DNA of 64,000 nucleotides, taken from positions 128,001 through 192,000 of the forward strand of contig CAWBBV010000006.1 of NCBI GenBank assembly GCA_963787125.1, in the 5' to 3' direction. Positions 51,001 through 59,642 of the stretch are shown here, piece by piece. A program made the position numbers and the translations under genes. The stretch comes from an uncultured delta proteobacterium. Its GTDB lineage: Bacteria; Desulfobacterota; Desulfuromonadia; Geobacterales; DSM-12255. The notes beneath the pieces are model-generated. The model saw only the letters and a list, made by a program, of their open reading frames with translations, had not been told where the DNA came from and did no database searches. The first letter of the stretch is position 1. Every line of letters begins with the position of its first letter.

Positions 51001-53722
51001 GAATGCTCTGCCGCTGAGTGGCGTCGCCATCGCCGACACCTATCCGACCAACCTGCGCAACCTCAACACAACCACCGGCGGAACCTGCACCGGCACCAAG
51101 ACCGCGTCCGCCACCGCCACCAATCCCGGCACCCTTACCCTGACCGGCGGCAGTCTCGCCGCCAATGCCAACTGTACCATCACCGTCACCGTAACGTCGT
51201 CAGTCGTCGGCGCCTACACCAACACAACCGGCGCCCTCACCTCAACCGAGACTCCGACTGCCGACAACACCGCAACTGCCCCCATGACTGTAGCGGCTAC
51301 CGGACTGGCGCTTACCAAAACTTTCAGCCAGTCTCAGGTGCAGGCAGGTCCCGCAGCAGCCGGTCTCGACATGATCTTCACCATCACGAACATATCGCTT
51401 ACCACTGCGGCGCAACAGATCGTCTTCAGCACACCTGACACCATGCCGACTGCTGGCGGCTCACAGATGACGCTTAATACCATCCCCAACGCCTGCACAA
51501 TCACTGCTGCCAGCCCGGTCGGTTCCTGCGGTTTCAACGGCGTTACTGCCCTGGGCACCGCCGTTCCGAATACGCAGGCAAATACTGCGCTGCAATTTGC
51601 TACTACCGGCACCGGCCTGAGCCTGGCCCTTAACTCGTCCTGCACCATCACCTGCCCGGTAACCATTGCAGCCGCCACCACCGGCGGCACCTACACTAAC
51701 AGTGCACCAGTGCTTGCCTCCGTCGGCGTTCCGGGTGTTACCGGTAGTTCGGCGTCGGTTGTCGCCCTGAAGCCGCCAACCATCACCAAAGCGTTCTCAC
51801 CCGACACGATCGGTACCGGCCTGACTTCAACCATCACCTTCACGCTTGGCAACACTGCTGCCAGCACCGTTGCCTACAGCAGTTCCACCTTCACCGACAC
51901 ACTCACCAACATGAGTATCTCCGGAAATCAGACAGCAGGGGGCACTTGCGGCGGCGTTGCCGGTAACAGCTTTACCAGCGGCCAGACCGGACTGCTCACC
52001 CTGACCGGGCTGACGATTCCTGCCGGCGGCAGTTGCACGGTGACGCTGCTGGTCACCAGTTCAACTGTCGGCGCCAATGCCAACACCACCAGCGGCATTA
52101 CCACCACCCAGACACCTGCGGCCGGAGCAGGCGCGACCCCGGTTAACCTGACTGTTGTCGGTACCGACCTGACCAAGGTGTTTTCACCGGCTACAGTCAG
52201 AACAGGGCAGAAATCCACGGCAACTTTCACCATTACCAACGGCGCCAGCGCGCCGGCCCAGTCCGGCTTCGCTTTTACAGAAACTTTCCAGTCCAACCTG
52301 GTTCTGGCCACCCCTGCCAACCTCTCCACCACCTGCGCAAGCGGCGCAGTCAGCGGCACTTCCGGCACCAGAATCCTTACTTTCAGCAGCGGTAGCATGA
52401 CACTCGGACAGACGAGCTGTACGGTTACAGCAGACATCGTCAGTTCGGTTGCCGGCAACTACTCGAACCCGACTGGCAACATAACCGGAAAATCAACCGG
52501 CATGACCTACAGCAGTAACCCGTCACTGGCTGTATTCAACAACCCGGTACTGACCAAAGCCTTCGCCACCAACCCGATCGGTGTCGGCCGGGTATCAACT
52601 CTTACTTTTTCAATCGCCAACCCGGCAGGAGCCCCGGCCAGCAGCGGCCTGACCTTTACTGACACCTTTCCGGGCGGGCTGGTGATCGCCGCAACACCGA
52701 ATGTGGTTAACAACTGCGGCGGTACTCCCACCATTACCGCCACTGCCGCCAGCGGCGTTTTCACCATCGGCGGCAGCGGCGTTGTCACAACGGTTGGTCC
52801 GTCAACCTGTACTATTTCGGTTGACGTCACCAGCAACAGTGTCGGAAGCTACACCAATGGTGCAGGCCAGATTACCCCTATCTCCGGAACCCTGTCGAAC
52901 GGCGTCACCAATCAGACCCTTTCCGTGGTAGGCACAAAACTGACCAAGGCGTTCGGACTCGCAAGCGTCGGTGTCGGCGGCTCCAGCACGCTCACCTTCA
53001 CCATTACCAATGATGCTACCCACCCGGCGCAGTCTAACTTGACTTTTACCGACACCCTGACTATCGGTGCAGGCCTTTCCATTACCGGTGTCACTCCCCT
53101 GTCAGGAGCCAACTGTTCTGCCACAATGCCGACATTCAACACCACCAGTAACCCTTCAGTGACCCTGACCGGGGCTACGATGGCTGCAGGAGCAACAACC
53201 TGTACCTTTACTGCTACGGTCAGAGGCAATACTTCCGGCACATACAGTAACAATAACAGTAACTTCAGTGCTACTTCTCCGGCAGTTGATACCTCCGGTG
53301 TAAATGCCACACTGACTGTTTATGATCTACCGTTGATCTCCATTTTAAAGTCAGCCAATGTTGCAACCGTTAATCCAGGACAAGTCATCGTCTATACCGT
53401 GCAGGTCGTCAATTCCGGCGCCGGAGTGGGCACAAGTGTACTTCTTACCGATGACATGAGCCCCTACGGAGCACTTAGAATCAACAGCGGGGCGCCATTT
53501 ACCTTTACAGATACCAGCACCCCTACCCTATCAGGACTTACACTCGGCACCCCTGAGTATATCCACAATTACAGCGGCACTTGGGTTACAACGCTTACTG
53601 ACGGCGGCGGCAACGCTCCGGCAGGTTATGACGGCACTGTCACCAACTGGCGGATTCCGATGACCGGCACCATCAGGGCAGGTGGCAGCTTTACTCTCAA
53701 TTACCAGGTGATTGTGAAATAG
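48023..53722 (+). CDS. Large secreted adhesin 2 (L-type lectin-like N-domain, DUF11, SdrD-B-like domains, seven DUF11-like repeats, terminal truncated DUF11)
   Basis: GGAG RBS; signal peptide ending AHA; WLRLT, GADGYSV, GVDEWGN and GYAASTGGSNNYHEI lectin motifs; ends NYQVIVK. Confidence 0.87.
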   Translation: MLNISKSLLTIPSPAKFYCRRFLLLFYQLLLAYLILPLFSICVAHAAVINEPMTNATAPSWVIGGSAFLTASSGLDPNGNGWLRLTDLNTNQAGFAYLDSGFSISSGAVISFDYTSWGGAGDGGFGCGNTGADGYSVFLFDGSQSFSVGATGGSLGYAQKTVAPVNTGLAYGYIGIGVDEWGNFANQTEGRIGGVGGICNGVAVRGPYNHPSGKYNYLGGNASGAVLAYPGLAFRPQQDGGQYRKVLIYLTPQAAPNYLKVDVYLQSGYSSFPVQVVNGLMVAQPIPATVKIGYAASTGGSNNYHEIRNLIIDPLPTSDIDLTMAKTVSSSTVTQGGAISYGLIVRNTGPLNVTATNVPITDTIPAAITGVTWTCAGSGGATCGAASGSGNSINTTTTLPLNGYATYTISGTVSAATPLGTVINNTATLTPPAGITDLNAGNNSDTATTTVTSGTVALSGNIFIDNGAGGGTAYDGIKNGTEANVTATTIGNTYYVKVYRSSDLTTQVGIATVAGGASTYSINVPAYGTYTVILSSDNTTNFTPSLPNVQYIYTLPLNFTLTNVVTSGAALPNQNFGVFRGSRISGKVIRDTGLNGSIANANDGILNAAETGISGVTVTLRNNTGGTTYDTEITDANGNFTLYTNLATTPLRIYEANPVGYTSVNANIGTTGGTYTIGTDFIDFPGYTRYTDYSGIIFSDVPNNTFLPTPQSAGGSSQAPVYFPHTFTPGSGGSVTFATTGRTQTTWPAIVYYRDTNCSGTYNPGEPVISGAITASANTPICILVMDTVPGGTTPPATDTITTTATFTFTNSVGPVTSTHAVIDTLNVYTPPTLTKTFGASSILAGGNTTLTLTLTNPAANPAAITTVSMDDTFPAGLTLQNNTITFTPAFCGTVTRISGAASAAGDNNVRFTAGSIASAATCRAVMNVTSSTAGSITNTTTAPTAAGPATTTGTAASAVLIIYAKPTVSKAFGSSTISSGDSTTMTLTLTNPNALPLSGVAIADTYPTNLRNLNTTTGGTCTGTKTASATATNPGTLTLTGGSLAANANCTITVTVTSSVVGAYTNTTGALTSTETPTADNTATAPMTVAATGLALTKTFSQSQVQAGPAAAGLDMIFTITNISLTTAAQQIVFSTPDTMPTAGGSQMTLNTIPNACTITAASPVGSCGFNGVTALGTAVPNTQANTALQFATTGTGLSLALNSSCTITCPVTIAAATTGGTYTNSAPVLASVGVPGVTGSSASVVALKPPTITKAFSPDTIGTGLTSTITFTLGNTAASTVAYSSSTFTDTLTNMSISGNQTAGGTCGGVAGNSFTSGQTGLLTLTGLTIPAGGSCTVTLLVTSSTVGANANTTSGITTTQTPAAGAGATPVNLTVVGTDLTKVFSPATVRTGQKSTATFTITNGASAPAQSGFAFTETFQSNLVLATPANLSTTCASGAVSGTSGTRILTFSSGSMTLGQTSCTVTADIVSSVAGNYSNPTGNITGKSTGMTYSSNPSLAVFNNPVLTKAFATNPIGVGRVSTLTFSIANPAGAPASSGLTFTDTFPGGLVIAATPNVVNNCGGTPTITATAASGVFTIGGSGVVTTVGPSTCTISVDVTSNSVGSYTNGAGQITPISGTLSNGVTNQTLSVVGTKLTKAFGLASVGVGGSSTLTFTITNDATHPAQSNLTFTDTLTIGAGLSITGVTPLSGANCSATMPTFNTTSNPSVTLTGATMAAGATTCTFTATVRGNTSGTYSNNNSNFSATSPAVDTSGVNATLTVYDLPLISILKSANVATVNPGQVIVYTVQVVNSGAGVGTSVLLTDDMSPYGALRINSGAPFTFTDTSTPTLSGLTLGTPEYIHNYSGTWVTTLTDGGGNAPAGYDGTVTNWRIPMTGTIRAGGSFTLNYQVIVK
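53378..53718 (+). repeat. 3' segment of adhesin 2 shared with adhesin 1 (copy 2)
   Basis: Blocks of 56/56 and 58/59 identity with 47487-47542 and 47778-47836. Confidence 0.9.
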
Positions 53723-53814
53723 CCAAGGCATTAACCGTCCTTCGGCTGACTGCAGCCTTGCAGCGGAGCTTTTGTCTCTTTTTTGACTTTTAGCGCTCTC
53801 CCGGTTAAGCCTGC

Positions 53815-53842
53815 TTGACGACAAGAAATTTTAATGTAATAT
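53815..53842 (+). promoter_or_regulatory. Candidate sigma70 promoter of the TonB-receptor operon
   Basis: TTGACG-N16-TAATAT. Confidence 0.35.
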
Positions 53843-53902
53843 GGATTAGCAAAATCTGCATTTTAATGACTTTAATCACTTGGCAATCATGAGGGCGCCG
53901 CT

Positions 53903-56017
53903 ATGAAAGTTGCAATGACCCTGTTATCTGGAATTTTAACTGCAGCGACCACCAAGTCCCTTATTTTCGGCTTAACAATCTCTGCGGCACTCTCACTCCC
54001 CATTGTGGCGCTCTCTGCTGATAAAGAGCTACCGTTGATACTCGCCCAGGCTGACCTGACAACCTTCGGGATTGAAGAGCTGATGGAAATTACCGTCACC
54101 TCGGTATCAAAGAAATCTCAAAAAATTGCCGATGCTGCGGCAGCGATTTACGTTATTACCCAGGACGACATTCGCCGCTCCGGCGTCACCAACATCGCTG
54201 ATGCCCTTAAAATGGCTCCAGGGGTGCAAGTGGCGCGGATAGACAGCAATAAGTGGGCGGTGACTTCACGTGGGTTTAATGGGCGGTTTGCCAATAAACT
54301 CCTGGTCCTGATGGACGGCAGAAGTCTATACAACACTTTTTTTCTGGGAGTCTACTGGGAAGTTCAGGACACTGTCCTGGAAGATATCGACCGGATTGAG
54401 GTCATTCGCGGCCCCGGAGCAGCTCTTTGGGGAGCTAATGCAGTCAACGGAGTTATCAACATCATCACTAAATCAGCTGAAAAGACAACCGGGACTCTCA
54501 TCAGTGCCGGTGGCGGGAACTATGAAAAAGCCTTTGCCACTGCCAGGCAGGGAATAGCGATTAATGACGACACTCATCTAAGAATTTATGGCAAGCATCA
54601 GGAGCGGGGTGGGTTTGTTGATGCCGCCGGTCAGGATTCCTATGATGACTGGCACACCACTCAAGGCGGATTCCGGCTCGACTCACAACTGACAAGTCAA
54701 AACACACTGACCGTTCAGGGTGATTATTACGACGGGAAAATCAAGGAAACCTATCTTTTCTACAATCTGCCGTCCCCCGCAAATCCGGAATATTCGCGTT
54801 ACGTGCAAAGCAGATCAGGGGTCAGCGGCGGCAATCTGCTCAGTCGTTTCCAGCGAACCCTTTCCGCTACAGATAGTTTTTCGCTGCAGTCATACTATGA
54901 ACATAGCAACTACGGCATGATCGTTGCGCCGGAAGAATTCAACACTTTTGATCTGGAATTTCAACACCGTTTTTCGTTTACGAACTATCAGGACATTATC
55001 TGGGGAGCCGGCTATCGCTTCAGCCAGTATGATGTGAAAAATTCTGCAACGCTCTCTTTTGCGGAGCAGCGGGTCAACAACAATCTTTACAGCTCCTTTA
55101 TTCATGATGAAATCACGCTCATCCCCAACTCCCTATCCCTGATCATCGGCTCGCGCTTTGAACAGAACGATCACTCGGGTTTTGATGTACAACCCAACGG
55201 TCGCCTGCTCTGGGCGATAACACCTCGCGATTCTCTCTGGGCCGCAGCTTCACGAGCAGTCCGCGCCGCTACCAAAAGCGAGCATACTATCCAGTACAAC
55301 TATCGCACCATTCCGCCGAATACAGGTCTCAATACAACGCCAATTCCCCTCAGGCTGGAAATTGTCGGCAACCCGAACTTTAAATCCGAGGAGGTTATCG
55401 CTTATGAACTCGGTTATCGGACAGAAGTTAAGCCGCACCTCTCTTTTGACGTTGCCACATATTACAATTCATACAAGAAACTGCGGGTAATCAGCCCGGG
55501 AACGCCGTATACCGAACCGATTGGAGGTCCGCCGGCAAATGCTGTTATCCCTTTTGTCTTGAGCAATGATATGCATGGCCATGCAGTCGGAGTCGAGCTT
55601 TCAACCGACTGGCGCCCCTTCGACTGGTGGCGGCTTCAGGGGACCTACAGTTACCAGAACCTCACCATGCACCTGGACGGCAGCAGCAGAGACACAATCA
55701 ATAAAGGCAACGCCGAAGGCGATGTTCCGCAAAACCAGTTCAGTCTCCGCTCGGGTTTTGACATCGGTAAGCAGATAACTCTCGATCTCTGGCTGCGCGG
55801 CGTCGATCATCTGGCCTCTATCGATGGTAATCAGATTCCTGGTTACATAACAATGGATACCCGCCTTGCCTGGAAACCGTACAAAGATCTTGAACTGGCG
55901 CTGGTCGGCCAGAATATCTTTAATCATCATCACCCGGAATTCATTCCTGAATATGTCAATACTGTTCCAACCGAAACGGTAAGAAGCTTTTACGGCAAGC
56001 TGACCTGGCAATACTGA
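53903..56017 (+). CDS. TonB-dependent receptor
   Basis: Plug motifs (LVLMDGR, IDRIEVIRGPGAALWGANAVNGVINIITK), beta-barrel ending LTWQY. Confidence 0.93.
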   Translation: MKVAMTLLSGILTAATTKSLIFGLTISAALSLPIVALSADKELPLILAQADLTTFGIEELMEITVTSVSKKSQKIADAAAAIYVITQDDIRRSGVTNIADALKMAPGVQVARIDSNKWAVTSRGFNGRFANKLLVLMDGRSLYNTFFLGVYWEVQDTVLEDIDRIEVIRGPGAALWGANAVNGVINIITKSAEKTTGTLISAGGGNYEKAFATARQGIAINDDTHLRIYGKHQERGGFVDAAGQDSYDDWHTTQGGFRLDSQLTSQNTLTVQGDYYDGKIKETYLFYNLPSPANPEYSRYVQSRSGVSGGNLLSRFQRTLSATDSFSLQSYYEHSNYGMIVAPEEFNTFDLEFQHRFSFTNYQDIIWGAGYRFSQYDVKNSATLSFAEQRVNNNLYSSFIHDEITLIPNSLSLIIGSRFEQNDHSGFDVQPNGRLLWAITPRDSLWAAASRAVRAATKSEHTIQYNYRTIPPNTGLNTTPIPLRLEIVGNPNFKSEEVIAYELGYRTEVKPHLSFDVATYYNSYKKLRVISPGTPYTEPIGGPPANAVIPFVLSNDMHGHAVGVELSTDWRPFDWWRLQGTYSYQNLTMHLDGSSRDTINKGNAEGDVPQNQFSLRSGFDIGKQITLDLWLRGVDHLASIDGNQIPGYITMDTRLAWKPYKDLELALVGQNIFNHHHPEFIPEYVNTVPTETVRSFYGKLTWQY

Positions 56018-56024
56018 TGCGCTG

Positions 56025-56609
56025 TTGTTATCCGATGGGTATCCAATCATGATCAAGTTTATTGCGCAAACGCTCCTGTTGATAACTGTGCTGACGCTCT
56101 GCTCACCGCAGACCGGCGCTGCCGGGTCAAGCAGGCTGAGCGAACATGAGGTAAAAGCCGCCTATCTTTATAATTTTGCCAAATATGTCGAATGGCCTGC
56201 AAACACCCTTCTGCTTGAAAACAGCCCCCTGACTTTTTGTATTATTGGTCAAAGTCCCTTAAATTCGGTCATGGAGTCCTTTGGAACAAATACGATCAAG
56301 AATCGCCAACTGGCAATGCAACAACTCGGCTATAATGAAGATCTGAGCAAATGTAATATCCTTTTCATCAGTAGTGATTACAAAACATCTCTCCATAAAA
56401 TATTGGCGGCAACCGTTCACCGCTCAATTCTGACCGTCAGCGATATTAAAGGCTTTGCAGCGGCAGGAGGGATCATCGAATTTGTCCCTGTCAACGACAA
56501 GATCCGCTTCGCAATCAATAACAGAGCCGCCAGACAAGCAAATCTCAGAATAAGCTCCCATTTATTAAAATTGGCAACAACCGTAACTGACTCTACGGGG
56601 AAAGAATAA
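56025..56609 (+). CDS. YfiR/DUF4154-family periplasmic regulator (likely start 56049)
   Basis: EHEVKAAYLYNFAKYVEWP, CNILFI, LTVSD, ISSHLLKLA. Confidence 0.92.
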   Translation: MLSDGYPIMIKFIAQTLLLITVLTLCSPQTGAAGSSRLSEHEVKAAYLYNFAKYVEWPANTLLLENSPLTFCIIGQSPLNSVMESFGTNTIKNRQLAMQQLGYNEDLSKCNILFISSDYKTSLHKILAATVHRSILTVSDIKGFAAAGGIIEFVPVNDKIRFAINNRAARQANLRISSHLLKLATTVTDSTGKE

Positions 56610-58705
56610 TGTTCGCATCTATCCGCAACAATTCAATCCGCCGTAAACTCATGACCATCATGCTCATCACCGCCGGTACAGTGCTGCTGATGGTTTCTTT
56701 GGTATTTTTTATCAATTCGGCACTGTCGTTCCGCTCGATGATGCTGAAAGACCAACAGATTCTGGCAACTATCGTTGGCAGTAACACAGCCGCAGCAGTT
56801 ACTTTTGACGATCAGAAAGCGGCCGGCGAAACGCTTGAAAAGCTTTCCGTAAATAAGCATCTGCTCGCAGCTGCGGTTATTAACTCTTCAAACAGACTTT
56901 TCGCCTTGTACCTTCGCAGCGGGGTTGATGCCGACGCCTATGGGCTTAAAATCATCACAGATGGTGCAACCAACCCGATCGCAGCTGCAGACCTGGTAGC
57001 GCTGGAATCGAAACAAGTCCCACTATGGTCTCGAAATGCCAACATCAAAACAGTCGTCCCGTTCCTGAGCGACAATCAACAACTCAGCACCATTGTCATT
57101 GTCTCCGATACCGGTGAGCTCAATTCTCGACTGTTACGAACGCTGCTTTTGCTGGGGGCGGTTTTTGTCTGCGCCCTCCTCCTCGCCTACTTAATTTCGT
57201 CCAGGCTGCAGGGAATTATCACCGAACCGGTGCTCCTGCTTGCCGCAACCATGAAAAGGGTATCGCGGCAAAAAGATTACACCATTCGAGCTGATTTTAC
57301 AGTTGAGGATGAAATTGGCGATCTGGTCAACGGATTTAACGAGATGCTGGGGCAGATAGAGTTGCGCGATGAGCAGTTAAAGCAGTATCACCTTGAATTG
57401 GAAGCGGAGGTGAGTTTACGTACCGGTGAGCTCTCCAGCGCCAAACTGCAGCTGGAAAGCAGTATTGTTAATCTGCAGCAGGCAACAAAGGCAGCCGAAG
57501 CAGCCAACCTTGCCAAGTCACAGTTTCTGGCTAACATGAGTCATGAAATTCGTACGCCGATGCATGGCGTGCTCGGCATGACAGAGCTGCTGCTGGAGAG
57601 CAATCTTTCGCTTGAGCAGAAGCACTTTGCTGAAACAGTACATAATTCGGCCCATACAATGCTCGCTATCATCAACGACATTCTCGATTTTTCAAAGATA
57701 GAAGCAGGTAAACTTGAGCTGCAGACAGCGCCATTTTCAATTTCAGCTACTGTGATGAATGTTGTGGTTCTTTTCAGCGCAATTTCGCAGAAAAAAGGTC
57801 TCAAACTCAGTTGCAATATGGATCCGCAACTGCCGGAACTGCTGCTTGGCGATGTCGGTCGCATTCGACAGATACTGACCAATCTCGTCAACAATGCCTT
57901 GAAATTTACCGAACAGGGCGAGATTCTGGTCTCTGCCATCCTGAAAAAGCAGGACGAAGCCAGCATCGAACTATACGTGGAGGTGACGGATTCGGGAATC
58001 GGTATCCCTGTCGACGCTCAGGATCTTATTTTTGAGCGTTTCTCACAAGCCGATGGAGAGATGAATCGCAAATTTGGCGGAACCGGACTTGGATTGACAA
58101 TCGTCCGCCAACTTGTGGAGTTGATGGGTGGCACTATCGGCTTAACCAGTCAACCTGGGCAGGGGTCCTGTTTCTGGCTCACAGTCCGGCTGCAAAAAAC
58201 CCATCCTGAACAGACTGGCAGCCTGCAAGCCAGTGCCGGTCTGCAGGTTTCAGAGCCTGCAAACCTCCAGCAGGACCTGATAAAACCATTACCGCCACAA
58301 AAACAGGTGCCCTCCGAAAAAGCCCTGAATATTCTGGTCGCTGATGACAATCCGGTCAATCAGGATCTTATGAAAATCACCCTGAACATGTTGAACCACG
58401 AGGTTGACATTGTTGCCAATGGAGAAGAGGCGCTGGCTGCCTGGTCGCAAAAAAGCTACGATATAATCCTCATGGATGGTCAAATGCCGATAATGGATGG
58501 CTTTGAAGCTACCCGTCTGATCCGGACACAAGAAAAAACCGGGTCACTTTCCCGGACGACAATAATTGCCATGACCGGCCAGGCTTTGGAAGGAGACCGC
58601 GATCTGTTTATCGCTGCCGGTATGGATGATTACCTTCCCAAACCGTTCAACACAAAACAGTTACGCAATCTCCTCAATCTCTGGTTGCCGACTGACAGCC
58701 GCTGA
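56609..58705 (+). CDS. Hybrid histidine kinase (periplasmic CHASE8-like, HAMP, HisKA, HATPase, REC)
   Basis: AAVTFDDQ.AA.E.L, DEIG.L..GFNEML, FLANMSHEIRTP, GGTGLGL, LMDGQMP.MDG. Confidence 0.93.
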   Translation: MFASIRNNSIRRKLMTIMLITAGTVLLMVSLVFFINSALSFRSMMLKDQQILATIVGSNTAAAVTFDDQKAAGETLEKLSVNKHLLAAAVINSSNRLFALYLRSGVDADAYGLKIITDGATNPIAAADLVALESKQVPLWSRNANIKTVVPFLSDNQQLSTIVIVSDTGELNSRLLRTLLLLGAVFVCALLLAYLISSRLQGIITEPVLLLAATMKRVSRQKDYTIRADFTVEDEIGDLVNGFNEMLGQIELRDEQLKQYHLELEAEVSLRTGELSSAKLQLESSIVNLQQATKAAEAANLAKSQFLANMSHEIRTPMHGVLGMTELLLESNLSLEQKHFAETVHNSAHTMLAIINDILDFSKIEAGKLELQTAPFSISATVMNVVVLFSAISQKKGLKLSCNMDPQLPELLLGDVGRIRQILTNLVNNALKFTEQGEILVSAILKKQDEASIELYVEVTDSGIGIPVDAQDLIFERFSQADGEMNRKFGGTGLGLTIVRQLVELMGGTIGLTSQPGQGSCFWLTVRLQKTHPEQTGSLQASAGLQVSEPANLQQDLIKPLPPQKQVPSEKALNILVADDNPVNQDLMKITLNMLNHEVDIVANGEEALAAWSQKSYDIILMDGQMPIMDGFEATRLIRTQEKTGSLSRTTIIAMTGQALEGDRDLFIAAGMDDYLPKPFNTKQLRNLLNLWLPTDSR

Positions 58706-58728
58706 CAATCTTCGCAGTTGCCACTCTC

Positions 58729-59193
58729 TCAGCTGACTCTTTTTCCTCGCACCATTTTCGTCAGAATTCTATCCAGAGAAGAGGCAAACTTCTGCCGGTC
58801 TGTCATGTTGAATTGAGCTGGGCCGCCCTGAACCAGCCCTCCGGAGCGAAGTTCCATCATCAGATCACGGATGGAGAGCCGCTCACCGACATTTTCCTCA
58901 GTATAAAGCTCCCCGCGCGGATCCAGCGCAACCCCGCCGTTAGCAACAATTCTTGCGGCTAACGGGATATCAGCCGTTATCACCAGATCTTCCGCTGCCG
59001 CATGTTCGGCAATATAATCATCCGCAATATCAAAACCATCGGCAACGACAATCGCTTCAATCAGCTTATTGTTATGCTTGGCAAGGCTACTGTTTGCCAC
59101 CAGCAAGACCGGAATATGCAGCCGCTCTGATGCCCGGAAGATGATCTCTTTTATGACTCGTGGTGCGGCATCGGCATCAATCCATATTTTCAT
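58729..59193 (-). CDS. YaiI/YqxD (UPF0178) family protein
   Basis: [23 protein letters not shown]. Confidence 0.9.
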   Translation of the reverse strand: MKIWIDADAAPRVIKEIIFRASERLHIPVLLVANSSLAKHNNKLIEAIVVADGFDIADDYIAEHAAAEDLVITADIPLAARIVANGGVALDPRGELYTEENVGERLSIRDLMMELRSGGLVQGGPAQFNMTDRQKFASSLDRILTKMVRGKRVS

Positions 59194-59633
59194 TACGGCA
59201 ACACCACCAACAGCGCGCCACCAGCCAGCACCGTCAGATTGCAGACCGCAGAAACAGCATGAAGTTTGGCAAACTGCTGCCGGAGCGGATGATCCTTTGG
59301 AGTTGCCTCGAAGGAACCGATCTGCAGTTTCAGCTCTGCTGCACGGGGCTCAACGTAAAATGCCTGAAAAGATGTCACTACAAGCATGCTTAACAGGACA
59401 ATTAAAGGCAGCCTCAGTGTCAGTCCACGACCGCAAAGACGACAGACAAGCGCAATTACCCCGCAAGCCAGCCCCCAGCGAAAATAGCCGGGAAAAAGGT
59501 TACCGACTATGCGGGCCGCAGTGTCACGGCTCTCGGTTTTGAAGAGTATCGGCGTTAGCATCAGGGTGAAAATGGCGTTACCGCCCGCCCAGAGGCTGAC
59601 AGCCAATCGATAAAGCATGTCTATGTACTGCAT
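59193..59633 (-). CDS. DUF4149/TMEM205-like membrane protein
   Basis: Four TM segments, W.GG...F...P.LF, FAKLH..S...N. Confidence 0.8.
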   Translation of the reverse strand: MQYIDMLYRLAVSLWAGGNAIFTLMLTPILFKTESRDTAARIVGNLFPGYFRWGLACGVIALVCRLCGRGLTLRLPLIVLLSMLVVTSFQAFYVEPRAAELKLQIGSFEATPKDHPLRQQFAKLHAVSAVCNLTVLAGGALLVVLP

Positions 59634-59642
59634 ACACTCCTC

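Noticed and set aside
44849..53310. Many Val/Pro-rich minus-strand ORFs within the adhesin genes
   Set aside because: They are antisense shadows of ACC/GGC/AAC-rich coding sequence.
47487..53718. Diversity-generating retroelement template/variable repeat pair, or a shufflon
   Set aside because: No reverse transcriptase or recombinase in the window, both copies are coding direct repeats, and the mismatches are not adenine-specific.
33228..53722. Classical chaperone-usher, type IV, sortase, curli or type I secretion adhesin locus
   Set aside because: No PapC/PapD motifs, prepilin cleavage sites, LPXTG/sortase, Csg genes or RTX repeats; all six proteins carry Sec-type signal peptides.
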